A stretch of DNA of 64,000 nt from Pseudomonadota bacterium (GCA_018822545.1 JAHJKA010000048.1:71487-135486), one strand, 5' to 3'; positions 1 to 9,712 are shown, numbered from the stretch's first letter. Numbers and translations are program-made. Notes: generated by a model not told the origin, from the letters alone.

Positions 1-2
1 TC

Positions 3-494
3 TGTAAAAAACTTGATGACAACGAACTCCACGGAAAAGATTATGCCATTGTCGTTGTGGCGGAAGGCGCCAAGGCGCAAAATCAAGAGGTCATCCACAA
101 GGGAAATGGTGAAATTGGCAGGGCGGAAAAAATTCTTGGCGGCATCGGCGAATGGGTCGCCAAAGAGATTCGAGCGCGCACTGGCAAGGATACCCGCTCT
201 CTGGTTTTAGGCCATCTTCAACGGGGCGGTTCACCCACCACCTTCGACAGGCTGCTGGCTTTACGTTTCGGGGCCATGGCCGTCCGTCTTGCTGAAGAAG
301 GTAAATTTGATCATATGGTGGCCTTAAGTGGCGACTCCATGACATCGGTGCCGTTGGCTGAGGCCATCAAGAAGAGAAAGAAGGTGCCGGTGAATGGCAA
401 CCGGGTGAAAACAGCGCGGGAGATCGGCATATGTATGGGAGAGGCAGGCGAACTGGAGGCAACCGAAAAAATGGTGACCGGCTGCGCCTGTTAA
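3..494 (+). CDS. pfkA: 6-phosphofructokinase, 3' part (truncated by window start)
   Basis: Frame open from position 3 (..YAIVVVAEG..); PFK C-terminal motif LGHLQRGGSPTTFDR. Confidence 0.9.
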   Translation, partial: CKKLDDNELHGKDYAIVVVAEGAKAQNQEVIHKGNGEIGRAEKILGGIGEWVAKEIRARTGKDTRSLVLGHLQRGGSPTTFDRLLALRFGAMAVRLAEEGKFDHMVALSGDSMTSVPLAEAIKKRKKVPVNGNRVKTAREIGICMGEAGELEATEKMVTGCAC

Positions 495-502
495 AATCTC
501 AC

Positions 503-541
503 AAGGTCACCTTGAAAAAAATATCTTTCCCCGGTGACCTT
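503..541. terminator. Inverted repeat between convergent pfk and HNH genes, possible terminator
   Basis: AAGGTCACC (503-511) / GGTGACCTT (533-541). Confidence 0.4.
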
Positions 542-852
542 TACTCGTTCTTGCTGTTTTGGTGGATAGTTTCCATATACTCATCCCATTCATAGGGCAG
601 CAGACTTTTCTTTTTATTATTGCACTCTTTACAGGCAGCAACAAGATTGCCTTTACTGCTTGTCCCCCCGCGCGCAAGGGGGGTGAGATGGTCCATGGTC
701 AGTTCTTTTGCCTTAAAATGCCCACCGCAATAATAACAGATGCCGTCAGCAATCTTCTTTTGCCACCAGCCGCTTCTCCGGAGCTTCCGCGCCTTATCGC
801 GCTCCTGTCGGATAAGGCTTTCATCCACCCCGTCAAAATAAAAATTTGTCAT
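541..852 (-). CDS. Small HNH endonuclease family protein
   Basis: CYYC...DH..P.ARGG.....NLV.AC..CN motif; 4-bp overlap with folC stop. Confidence 0.88.
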   Translation of the reverse strand: MTNFYFDGVDESLIRQERDKARKLRRSGWWQKKIADGICYYCGGHFKAKELTMDHLTPLARGGTSSKGNLVAACKECNNKKKSLLPYEWDEYMETIHQNSKNE

Positions 853-2168
853 TTCACCATCTCACCAAGAAGATAACGCCGCGCCGCACCAACCAGATAG
901 AGAGAACCTGCCACCAGGATAAGGTCATCACTGGTGGCGAGAGCCTTGGCCCTGTGCAGGGCATCTACCACCCTGAGCTCCTCATAAACTTCACCCTCAA
1001 ACGGGCCCAAAACAGCACGGAGCTTAGCTGGAGTGGCAGAACGTTCTGATTCTGGCCTGGTAAAGATCAAAACGTCACAGAGGGGAGAAATAGTGGCAAG
1101 GGTTGTGGCAATGTCTTTGTCCGCCATCACCGCCCAGACGCACACCAGCCGTTTATAGGTAAATTCGTTGACCAGACTTGAGCATAAACTCTCCATACCG
1201 GCAGGGTTATGGGCGCCATCAAGAAGATATCGCCTGTCACTTGCCAACCGATTCTCGTCGGTCAGCCTGTTGCCGTCACTGTCCAGACAAAAATACTCCA
1301 GCCGTCCCGGCCAGTACACCTTGGCAATCTGCTCACGCATGACATCATCAGCAAGGGGCCAGCCCATACCGCCAAGGAGTTCACAAACGGCGAGGGCCAA
1401 GGATGAGTTGTCGCGCTGATAGTCACCACGCATCCCACAGGTAAGCTCGTCAATCCTTTTCGTAACGCCATGATAGGTCCACCTGCCGTTACCATCATTA
1501 GTATGATGAAAATCACGACCTAGAAGCCTGAGCTCTACGCCCATCTCTGCACAACGGGCAACCACCACCTCACGGCCGACATCATCGCCAACGCCACTTA
1601 CCACCGGCACCCCTGATTTAATGATCCCAGCCTTCTCAAAGGCAACCGCAGCCAGAGTCGTACCCAGATAAGCCTCATGATCCATGGAAACATTGGTGAT
1701 CACCGAAACCAGTGGGCGCACAACGTTGGTGGCATCAAGACGCCCCCCGAGCCCCACTTCAAGGATAACGAGATCAACCTGCTGCTTGGCAAACCAGAGA
1801 AAGGCCAGGGCCGTGGTGAATTCAAAATAGGTAATCTGATTGTCGCCAAGAACTGCCGAAATCTCAGAGGCGATGGCGGCGAAATCCTGCTCAGAGATGT
1901 AGTCATCATTAATCCGGAACCTTTCCCGTACCGAGCTCAAATGGGGAGAGGTATAGAGGCCCACCCTATAACCCGCACCTTGTAACAGGGTGAGCAAATT
2001 CATGGACACCGAACCTTTGCCATTGGTGCCGCCCACATGGATGCACTGGAGGGTCTCCTGGGGATTACCCACCTGGGAGAGAAATCCGGCCATGGAATCC
2101 AGGCCAAGTTTGATCTTAAAAAACTGCAGCTTATCGAGATAGGCCCAAGCCTGCTGATAATCCATCAA
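849..2168 (-). CDS. folC: Bifunctional folylpolyglutamate/dihydrofolate synthase
   Basis: HVGGTNGKGS, YTSPHL, EVGLGGRLDATN, DGAHN motifs. Confidence 0.95.
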   Translation of the reverse strand: MMDYQQAWAYLDKLQFFKIKLGLDSMAGFLSQVGNPQETLQCIHVGGTNGKGSVSMNLLTLLQGAGYRVGLYTSPHLSSVRERFRINDDYISEQDFAAIASEISAVLGDNQITYFEFTTALAFLWFAKQQVDLVILEVGLGGRLDATNVVRPLVSVITNVSMDHEAYLGTTLAAVAFEKAGIIKSGVPVVSGVGDDVGREVVVARCAEMGVELRLLGRDFHHTNDGNGRWTYHGVTKRIDELTCGMRGDYQRDNSSLALAVCELLGGMGWPLADDVMREQIAKVYWPGRLEYFCLDSDGNRLTDENRLASDRRYLLDGAHNPAGMESLCSSLVNEFTYKRLVCVWAVMADKDIATTLATISPLCDVLIFTRPESERSATPAKLRAVLGPFEGEVYEELRVVDALHRAKALATSDDLILVAGSLYLVGAARRYLLGEMVK

Positions 2169-2257
2169 GAGCGCGCCTCAATATAGATAAGAGTACTTTG
2201 TGCAGACATGATTATTTTTTGAGAGGTTTTTTAAAAAACAAATAACAAAGGCGCACC

Positions 2258-2431
2258 CTACTTCTCCACAAAACCTTCTCTGATCTTTTCAAGTCGATTG
2301 ACCGGTGGCCGTAACTCATCATCAATACTCTTCGGTTCCTGTTTCATAAAAATACCGCTCAGAACATACGCCACCACAAGCAGGATACCCACAACAAGGA
2401 TGATCAGGAGATCCTTACGTTCTTCCTTCAT
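2258..2431 (-). CDS. Small single-pass membrane protein (57 aa), absent from ORF track
   Basis: Hand translation MKEERKDLLIILVVGILLVVAYVLSGIFMKQEPKSIDDELRPPVNRLEKIREGFVEK; GAGG SD 7 nt upstream of ATG; co-oriented between helicase and folC. Confidence 0.7.
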   Translation of the reverse strand: MKEERKDLLIILVVGILLVVAYVLSGIFMKQEPKSIDDELRPPVNRLEKIREGFVEK

Positions 2432-2465
2432 ATCTTTACCTCAAAAAAACCCACAAAATGACAAT

Positions 2466-4652
2466 TTATAAGATTTCCAGCTTGGCATAATCAAGGTGCA
2501 ATTGCTTTAATCCATGCCGAGGGAAAAAAATCTCCACCGTCTTGGGTGGAACCACCTTTATCACCTTGCCCTCACCAAAGAAATTATGCCGCACCGCGCG
2601 GCCGGCAGTAAATTCGACGATGGCAGGCACTTCGCTTACCACCGCCCTGCCCTGGCCGCTGCCAAACGAAGATGGCGCCTGAAAGGACGGTGCCTCGTGT
2701 CCCATCATGCCAGGCCCTGCCAGAAGACCGCGTGGCATGGTTGAGATAAATTCACTGACCATGGCAGATTGAGGCATCCGGTCTGGCCCGGTGGTAAGTC
2801 TCGGGGCGATGAAAAAAAGATGTTCCCGGGCTCTGGTTGCGGCCACATAGAGAAGGCGGCGTTCCTCTTCCCGCTCTTCCGGGAGTTGGGCCTGGGCGGA
2901 TGGAAATTTCCCCTCCACCAGATTCAGAATAAATACCTTTTTCCACTCCAGGCCCTTGGCGGAATGGACGGTGGAAAGAATCAGGCGTTCGCCACCAGCA
3001 TTTTGCAGCCTTGACTCCTCCGGGGGATCCAGGGCTGTGGCGTCAATAAAATCCTGCAGACTTTCGTAGCCGGTCAACAACTCGGAGAGCTGGTCAAGAT
3101 CATGGCTACGGCTCGGATAATCATCATGAAATATCCGCTCAAAAATAGGTCGGTAATAATCAAGAACCTGCTCAAGCTGAGCGCCGGGCCGATCAAGGCG
3201 GGCAAGGGCCCGAAGATTATCCACCAGGCGTTCCAAGCCCTGCCGCCAAACAGGGCCCGCCTTAAAATTCTCCAGGGCATGCAAAGGGCTGCTGCCCGCG
3301 CGAATGGCAGCAAGCATCTTCTCAGCTGTTTTCGGGCCGACCTTATCTATCTGCAGGAGAATCCTATTCCAGGATAAATGATCGGCCGGGTTGCAGATAA
3401 CCCGTAAATAGGCGAGGACATCCTTGATGTGGGCTGACTCCGTGAGCTTCATGCCGCCCCGTTTTTCAAAGGGGATATGACGGTTGGCAAGTTCAAGCTC
3501 AAGTTTATAGGAATGGAACCCTGACCTGAACAAAACGGCCATCTCAGAAAGAGACACCCCTTCCCTCTGAAAATCCTCTATTTTCTCGACAAGATAGCGG
3601 GCCTGCTCCTGTTCGTCCCGGGCCCGAAACAGGTACGGTTTGTCCGTGCCGGGAATATTGGAGAACAGGGTCTTGGCGTATTTCTCAGTGGCCTGGGCAA
3701 TAATGGCATTGGTGGCCTCCAGGATGGGCTGCGCAGAACGGTAGTTTTCCTCAAGGCGGACAATGCACGTACCAGGAAAAAGCGTCGGAAACTCCATGAT
3801 ATTCTTAAAATCAGCACCGCGGAAACTATAGATGGACTGAGCGTCGTCACCCACCACCATGACGTTATTATGGCTGCTGCTGATCAGGGAAACAATCTCG
3901 GCCTGAATACGGTTGGTGTCCTGATATTCGTCCACCATCACATAATGAAAACGGTTGGAGATTTCGGTGCGCACCTCAGGATGGTCGCGGAGCAGATCAC
4001 GGAATTTGACCAGCAGGTCATCGTAATCCATGAGGGCATGGTCTTTCTTGAAATTATGGTAATGCTCGCGGATGGTGTTTATGTCGGAGCTGAACTCTAC
4101 GAGGTGAAAATAGCGATCCTCCAGATACTGGTTAAAATCGATATTCTTATTAACGGCACCGCTGATCATATTGATGATGAGCCGTTTAGAAGGAAAACGG
4201 CGACCGGCACCGCTTAAGCCCAAGGATGACTTGAGCAGATTGATAATGCCTTCAGAATCGCCCCGGTCAAGGATGGTAAAATTAGATGGATAGCCAATAT
4301 ATCGCCCAAAGCGCCGCAGCAGAAGGTTGGCCACGCCGTGGAAAGTACCGCCCATCACCCCCTGACAGGAATCATCCATCAGCACCACGGCCCTGTTCAG
4401 CATCTCCTGGGCAGCCTTCCGGGTAAAGGTCAGAAGCAAAATGGACTCCGGGGCCACGCCCTGTTCCACCAGATAGGCCATGCGGTGCACCAAAGTACGG
4501 GTCTTGCCGCTGCCCGCCCCGGCGATTACCAATACCGGACCCTGGGTGGTGGTAACAGCCTCAAGCTGGGAGGAATTAAGACCAGACATGCTTGGCGATT
4601 GGCCGGAGGTCTGTGGCTTGGCTTCCTGTGAAAATAGAGATGGTTGACGCAT
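2466..4652 (-). CDS. pcrA: UvrD/PcrA/Rep family SF1 DNA helicase
   Basis: AGAGSGKT, VDEYQDTN, GDDAQSIYSFRGA, TVHSAKGLE, EERRLLYVA motifs; C-terminal Tudor-like H..FGEG. Confidence 0.92.
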   Translation of the reverse strand: MRQPSLFSQEAKPQTSGQSPSMSGLNSSQLEAVTTTQGPVLVIAGAGSGKTRTLVHRMAYLVEQGVAPESILLLTFTRKAAQEMLNRAVVLMDDSCQGVMGGTFHGVANLLLRRFGRYIGYPSNFTILDRGDSEGIINLLKSSLGLSGAGRRFPSKRLIINMISGAVNKNIDFNQYLEDRYFHLVEFSSDINTIREHYHNFKKDHALMDYDDLLVKFRDLLRDHPEVRTEISNRFHYVMVDEYQDTNRIQAEIVSLISSSHNNVMVVGDDAQSIYSFRGADFKNIMEFPTLFPGTCIVRLEENYRSAQPILEATNAIIAQATEKYAKTLFSNIPGTDKPYLFRARDEQEQARYLVEKIEDFQREGVSLSEMAVLFRSGFHSYKLELELANRHIPFEKRGGMKLTESAHIKDVLAYLRVICNPADHLSWNRILLQIDKVGPKTAEKMLAAIRAGSSPLHALENFKAGPVWRQGLERLVDNLRALARLDRPGAQLEQVLDYYRPIFERIFHDDYPSRSHDLDQLSELLTGYESLQDFIDATALDPPEESRLQNAGGERLILSTVHSAKGLEWKKVFILNLVEGKFPSAQAQLPEEREEERRLLYVAATRAREHLFFIAPRLTTGPDRMPQSAMVSEFISTMPRGLLAGPGMMGHEAPSFQAPSSFGSGQGRAVVSEVPAIVEFTAGRAVRHNFFGEGKVIKVVPPKTVEIFFPRHGLKQLHLDYAKLEIL

Positions 4653-4857
4653 GGCGTCACCTTACCATAGGACCCTTTGTTTTTGAAGAAGAGAGATGGT
4701 CACAGAGCAGCTTTGCCACCTTATTTTTATTGACCCCATGGGACGATCAGGGTAGTTTGTTCCCTCAGTTTGGGCCACCTGTTCGTGGTGGTCTTTATCC
4801 CACACCCAAAAAAAATCGGATTTCCCAGAAATTTAAAAAGATCGACGGAGAATATTT

Positions 4858-5250
4858 ATGGCAGATATGCAGACACTTTTTAGCGATGAGGTATGCAGGA
4901 AAATATTCCCCCCCGAAAAGGCTGATGCCTTTTTCGATGCCCTCTTTGGTGATGCCAGCGAAGGTGCCTATGATATCGAGTTGAAATTTACAGGCTTTGA
5001 CCAGTCTGCCAAGGAACTCCATTTCGAGCTCAACCTTCATGAGCGTCCTGGCTGCTGCCTGGCCTGCAACCTCACCTATGGTCTACCCGAGGTCTTTTCC
5101 CGTCATCCCGTCATCAATATTAACGGCGTGGTCAAAGAGGTAGACAAGATATTGGGGGATACCTATCAAACCACAGGCTGGAGCCTGCGCTCGACGCGAT
5201 CCACCTCAAAAAGTCTGCATCAGATTCCTTTGGTAATCACCCTGAGCTAG
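4858..5250 (+). CDS. Hypothetical protein with CCLAC motif
   Basis: 130-aa ORF, GGAG SD upstream; ERPGCCLACNLTYGLP segment. Confidence 0.75.
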   Translation: MADMQTLFSDEVCRKIFPPEKADAFFDALFGDASEGAYDIELKFTGFDQSAKELHFELNLHERPGCCLACNLTYGLPEVFSRHPVININGVVKEVDKILGDTYQTTGWSLRSTRSTSKSLHQIPLVITLS

Positions 5251-5387
5251 GGATCATGAAAACAGGATGAGGGATGATCTCACCTCATCCCTTTGCTCGT
5301 AACACCTTTTTTTACGCTTACTTACCAGTCAGGTGACAGATTCCTTCTGTTACCTGGCTTTTTTTATATCCAGCACCGACTCGCCTC

Positions 5388-6194
5388 TTAATACGGAACA
5401 GGCAACGGACCGCCACGTACCCCTTTCAGCCGATCAAAGAATCGCCCAACATCCTGAGGACGATGGGCATCAGAGCCGGCCACAAATCTAAGGCCGCACC
5501 TCCGAGCTCTGTCTATAATCCCTGCCCCTGGAAACGGCTCACCGCGCACTGTAAAACCAGAGGTATTTACCTCAAGGGCTATCTTTCTTCTGGCCATCTC
5601 AACCAGAATATCATCGATGAGATACAAATGCTCCGTGACAAACTGAACACCATGACAATAGCGCAGGGGAGCGTCAAGATGACAAACCACATCCACCTCA
5701 AGTTTTTCAAGACCTGCAAGGAGATCATTAAAATATTGCGTAAGGACTTTTTCATGGCCCAGGGCGTCAAAACGTTTGATGTTCTCCTGTTTTCGACTCA
5801 GCATGTTGACGTGTTCACCATTACTTTCTAAATAATGATAGGAAAGGCCAACCCGGTTCCACGGGTACGAGCTGATAAAATCCCTGATCTCATTGAGTCG
5901 TTGCGGATTGAGTCCTACTTCAACCCCCGCCCCCACCCGAATCCGGCCATCATATTTTTCGGCCAGACGCTGGCACTCCTCTTGGTAGAAGACAAAATCA
6001 TCTGCCGAAAGCCAGGTTGACTCCGAATAGTTGATACCCGTTTCAAAATGCTCCAGAAAGATGATCTCTTTGAGACCGCAGGCAAGGGCCGCCTCCACAT
6101 ACTCATCCATCTCTCCCTCAGCATGATGGCAGAGTTTGGTGTGAACATGGCCATCACAGCCAAAGTCAATCTCATCTTTAGCAAAGGGTATCAT
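5388..6194 (-). CDS. hisK: PHP-family histidinol-phosphatase (HisK/HisJ-like)
   Basis: DGHVHT..C.HA, EH, LEVNTSG, GSDAH motifs. Confidence 0.8.
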   Translation of the reverse strand: MIPFAKDEIDFGCDGHVHTKLCHHAEGEMDEYVEAALACGLKEIIFLEHFETGINYSESTWLSADDFVFYQEECQRLAEKYDGRIRVGAGVEVGLNPQRLNEIRDFISSYPWNRVGLSYHYLESNGEHVNMLSRKQENIKRFDALGHEKVLTQYFNDLLAGLEKLEVDVVCHLDAPLRYCHGVQFVTEHLYLIDDILVEMARRKIALEVNTSGFTVRGEPFPGAGIIDRARRCGLRFVAGSDAHRPQDVGRFFDRLKGVRGGPLPVPY

Positions 6195-6911
6195 TCAACC
6201 ACCATGGTCGTGGGGATGATCGCCATAAACGTGGGCATGGGGGTGGGTGTGGAGATGGATAGACTCCGACTTGTGAAGGTGGCCATGCTCCAGGCTATAT
6301 ATGACATCCGTGGTTTTAGCGAGAAAATCAAAATCATGGGAGATTATTACCATGGGCAGGTTCAGCTTAGCAAGGATGGCGACGAGACGTTCTCTGGTGG
6401 CAGGATCAAGATTATTGGTCGGTTCATCGAGCAGAAGAATGTCCGGTTCCATAACCAGAATGGTTGCCAAGGCCACCAGTTTTTTTTCACCACCGGAAAG
6501 CTTGTGGGTTATTCTGTTGTCAAAATCGGCTAAGCCAAGACTGTTGAGGGTGGCAATGGCCTTGCTTTTGGCAGTCGGACCATCGCAGCCCATATTCAGT
6601 GGCCCAAAGGCCACATCCTCAAGCACGGTGGGCGAGAAAAGCTGGTCATCGGCATCCTGAAAGAGAAAGCCAATCTGCCGGCGCAATTGCCGCCAGGCCT
6701 TGCTGTCAGCAACAACCTTATCATCCATAACCACCCGACCGCAATCAGGCTTAATCAATCCCATAATGATATGAAAAAGGGTGGTTTTACCACTTCCGTT
6801 CGGACCTATAAAGCCGACACGCTCGGAACCGATGGCAAGGTGCAGATGGTGAAAAAGCTGGCCACCGTCCGGATGGCTAAAGGAAATATCGTCAAGCAAC
6901 ACAGTGGTCAT
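6195..6911 (-). CDS. cbiO: ECF Ni/Co transporter ATPase (CbiO/NikO) with His-rich tail
   Basis: GPNGSGKT, LSGGEKK, LLLDEPT; start moved to ATG 6911, which overlaps the cbiQ stop. Confidence 0.9.
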   Translation of the reverse strand: MTTVLLDDISFSHPDGGQLFHHLHLAIGSERVGFIGPNGSGKTTLFHIIMGLIKPDCGRVVMDDKVVADSKAWRQLRRQIGFLFQDADDQLFSPTVLEDVAFGPLNMGCDGPTAKSKAIATLNSLGLADFDNRITHKLSGGEKKLVALATILVMEPDILLLDEPTNNLDPATRERLVAILAKLNLPMVIISHDFDFLAKTTDVIYSLEHGHLHKSESIHLHTHPHAHVYGDHPHDHGG

Positions 6912-7678
6912 GACCACCCCCCTCCTGAACTTAGCCGTTCCATGAAGACAACACCGCAAGCGCTGAGAAAAACCAGGGCAACGAGGGCCAAATCGGAAGC
7001 AGCAAGCCTCCGGCCCTCCAAAACATAAAACCTGCCCTGGAAACCCCGAAGCAACATGGCCTGCTGAACCCTTACCCCCCTTTGCCAACTCTTAACCAGA
7101 GTCATCCCCAACAGATTGCCATAGGTCTGATAGGTATGCATGGTCGTCGCTGGCCTGAACCCTCGCAAAAGGGCGGCCCGCCGCAAGCGCTGATACTCCT
7201 GGTGAAGAACAAAGATATAACGATAGGTAAACAGAAGCAACATACAGAAACGACTTGGAAGTTTGAGGGCGGCAAGACCATGGCCAATCTTGGCCACTCC
7301 TGAAGTGGCAATGAGGGCAAGAACCACAAGAACTATGGCATTGGTTTTCAGGGTTATCAGGGCGGCAAGAGCGAGCCCTGGTCTGCTGATGACAAGAGGC
7401 CCAAGCTCCATAAAAAGTGGCCCGGGCACAGTAAAGGGCAGAGTCAGCCAGAACAGGAGGCTGAAGACATTCACCATCAGCAGACGCTTTAGCACCTTCA
7501 TATAAGGCAGATGAGCCAAAAAAAGCAGGACACTTGCGATCAGCAGGGCAAAAACCGGGGCAAACAGGGTGTGACAGAGTGCCACCACCAGACTGAAAAA
7601 AAAGGCACTGATTATCTTGCAGCGCACATCAGCCCGATGCATAAGGGAACTGCCAGAACTAAAACATTCGAGATTCAT
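6908..7678 (-). CDS. cbiQ: ECF Ni/Co transporter T component (CbiQ/NikQ)
   Basis: Hydrophobic; FTYRYI, A.LRGF and AM.LRGF motifs. Confidence 0.9.
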   Translation of the reverse strand: MNLECFSSGSSLMHRADVRCKIISAFFFSLVVALCHTLFAPVFALLIASVLLFLAHLPYMKVLKRLLMVNVFSLLFWLTLPFTVPGPLFMELGPLVISRPGLALAALITLKTNAIVLVVLALIATSGVAKIGHGLAALKLPSRFCMLLLFTYRYIFVLHQEYQRLRRAALLRGFRPATTMHTYQTYGNLLGMTLVKSWQRGVRVQQAMLLRGFQGRFYVLEGRRLAASDLALVALVFLSACGVVFMERLSSGGGWS

Positions 7679-7718
7679 AGGTTATTCATGGCAAAAAAAT
7701 GGTGTTCAAGATTACACC

Positions 7719-8336
7719 TCATTTTCTGTTTTTAAACTGCATATAAGCGGCCAATCCAGCCAGGCCAAGAAGGTAGCCGATACCTCCCAAAATATCATGC
7801 AGGTCTGTCTTTTTTTCTGCAAGCCGGGCAAGATCACGACGCAGAGGGGCAAGCTTTTTATCCACCTCTTCTCCTATGATTTTCCTCAGCGCTTCTTCAT
7901 TGTTGTCATGGGGCAGTGTTGTGGTTTGCGGTTGCTGATGAACATGACCAACAGGTTCAACGTTGGAAGAGAGATATTCTTCAGCCTCAAGGCGCCAAGC
8001 GCCACGATGGCCATCTCCACAGGTAACGACAATATCAAAATCGCCTCCGTGTTCAGGTACGGGGAAATGAAAAAAACCCTGCTCGTCGCTGTGACCGCTG
8101 GCCACCACATCCTGGTCATTAAGGCCCTGGACAGTAACGCTACAGTCACGGGCAGGACGACCGCCGTTAAAGCGACTCTCCGTTTTGATCACGTCACCAT
8201 CGACGTAGGCGAAGATATGGACTTTATGGGCATAAACCGGTGAGGCAAAAACAAACAGCAAGAAAAAGACAAAGAGTGTCCAGAAAACTCTGCCCACCTT
8301 TAAATGTGAGCTATTGAATAAATCTAACGTCATCAA
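7719..8336 (-). CDS. ECF Ni/Co transporter accessory component (CbiL/NikL-like)
   Basis: Signal peptide ending YA-HKV; C-terminal TM DILGGIGYLLGLAG; lies between cbiM and cbiQ. Confidence 0.75.
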   Translation of the reverse strand: MMTLDLFNSSHLKVGRVFWTLFVFFLLFVFASPVYAHKVHIFAYVDGDVIKTESRFNGGRPARDCSVTVQGLNDQDVVASGHSDEQGFFHFPVPEHGGDFDIVVTCGDGHRGAWRLEAEEYLSSNVEPVGHVHQQPQTTTLPHDNNEEALRKIIGEEVDKKLAPLRRDLARLAEKKTDLHDILGGIGYLLGLAGLAAYMQFKNRK

Positions 8337-8953
8337 CCTTCTCCAACTCTCTTATGCTGATCAAGGCCCAAAATCTCGGGCTGCACCCTGGCAAGAAAAC
8401 TCACCACAAACATGGTGATCATTCCTTCCACCACCATTACCGGCAGGTGGGCTAAAAATACCAGCCGTGCCGTAACCAAAAAATTCTGATCAGTGGTCAC
8501 AAGGGCCAAGGCCATAAAGAGAGCAGCACAGGCCACAGACAAAAACCCAGCCAGAAACCCAGCCACAGCCCTCTTCTTTGGATCACCCAACCATGGGCGA
8601 AAAAAAAACGATCCGACAAGGGCGGAACCGGCAATAATGACGACATTGACGCCAAGTACCGTAAAGCCACCAAACTGAAAAAAGATGGCCTGCAGTGAAA
8701 GGGCCACCAAAATAGCAGGAAAGCAGCCCCAACCAAGAAGCAAGGCCATTAAGCCGTTTAAAAGGAGATGAACACTGCCCGGGCCTATGGGCACATGAAC
8801 CAGCGATGCCACGAAAAAGGCTGCCGAAAGAAGCGCCGTGGTCATGATCCGTTCCTGATCAATTTTTCTCAGACCGATGGCCGTACCCATAACGGCAAAG
8901 ACACCCCCGGCAAGAAGAATTGGCCCCGAGAGAATACCCTCTGAAAGATGCAT
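8333..8953 (-). CDS. cbiM: ECF Ni/Co transporter S component (CbiM/NikM)
   Basis: Metal-binding N-terminus MHLSEG at ATG 8953; SVHLLLNG, QAIFFQFGG. Confidence 0.93.
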   Translation of the reverse strand: MHLSEGILSGPILLAGGVFAVMGTAIGLRKIDQERIMTTALLSAAFFVASLVHVPIGPGSVHLLLNGLMALLLGWGCFPAILVALSLQAIFFQFGGFTVLGVNVVIIAGSALVGSFFFRPWLGDPKKRAVAGFLAGFLSVACAALFMALALVTTDQNFLVTARLVFLAHLPVMVVEGMITMFVVSFLARVQPEILGLDQHKRVGEG

Positions 8954-8971
8954 ATTACTTCCTGAACTAGT

Positions 8972-9000
8972 GGTAATACCAATCAGCATTACGTATTACC
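8972..9000. promoter_or_regulatory. Probable NikR operator upstream of cbiM/nikM
   Basis: Perfect inverted repeat GGTAATAC-N13-GTATTACC, 18 bp from the start codon. Confidence 0.75.
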
Positions 9001-9008
9001 AACTGGCT

Positions 9009-9034
9009 AAAAAAAAGGTCCCTTAAGGGAGCCT
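9009..9034 (-). terminator. Probable intrinsic terminator downstream of nikR
   Basis: AGG(C)TCCC-TTAA-GGGACC followed by T8 on the minus strand. Confidence 0.5.
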
Positions 9035-9222
9035 GGTTACAAAAGAAATCACGTATTTGATTGCCCAGTAAGGGATCTAGATGAGACAAAAAAAATGCTC
9101 GCTTCTCGAAAATTTACCCATAATCATCACTCGAAAAAATGCCAAGCTAAAGCTTCTGAACTCCTGCCTGTTCGGGAAGGACTTGTGAAAACAAGTACAA
9201 TCCAAGGATAACCACCAATACG

Positions 9223-9633
9223 TTAATGCAGGTGTTTGCCGGTGGAGCTCATGGCCAACTTACCATCACGGACGCCACGTAAGGAGCTCAACCTGTTTGC
9301 CATATCTTTCAATTCAGCTGCCTTACCCCGAATAATAATAACCTCCAGGCAATTATGGTGATCCATATGGACATGGGTGGTGGAAACGATCTGGTGATGA
9401 TAGGCGTGCTGCAACTCCGTCACCTTTTCCTGAAGGTTGGGTTGATGATGATCATAGACCAGGGTAATAACCCCCATGACATCATTATCCCCCTGCCACT
9501 CATCCTTGATAAAGGAACTGCGGATCAGGTCACGAATGGCCTCAGAGCGGTTCTCATAACTCCGCTGCTTGATAAACTCGTCAAAATCTTCGAGAAGATC
9601 CTCTTCCAGGGAAATGGAAAATCGTTTCAGCAT
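9223..9633 (-). CDS. nikR: Nickel-responsive transcriptional regulator
   Basis: Ribbon-helix-helix RFSISL..NRSEAIRDLIR; Ni site H.H.DHHNCLE. Confidence 0.95.
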   Translation of the reverse strand: MLKRFSISLEEDLLEDFDEFIKQRSYENRSEAIRDLIRSSFIKDEWQGDNDVMGVITLVYDHHQPNLQEKVTELQHAYHHQIVSTTHVHMDHHNCLEVIIIRGKAAELKDMANRLSSLRGVRDGKLAMSSTGKHLH

Positions 9634-9636
9634 GCC

Positions 9637-9663
9637 GTAGTACCTTTTTCAAAAGAGTGTTAC
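9637..9663. promoter_or_regulatory. Probable NikR autoregulatory operator
   Basis: GTAACAC-N13-GTACTAC on the minus strand, 3 bp before the nikR ATG; same geometry as the cbiM site. Confidence 0.65.
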
Positions 9664-9712
9664 TGTTTATTTCTCTTTCCATGATTAGGCAAGAAAAAAA
9701 TCTCTGGGATAA

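Noticed and set aside
541-852. HNH gene as a mobile element or defence nuclease
   Set aside because: It is translationally coupled to folC, has no flanking repeats or partner genes, and looks like a resident small HNH protein.
9001-9222. Possible cobalamin riboswitch upstream of cbiM
   Set aside because: No B12-box or conserved core seen; NikR-type palindromes explain the regulation.
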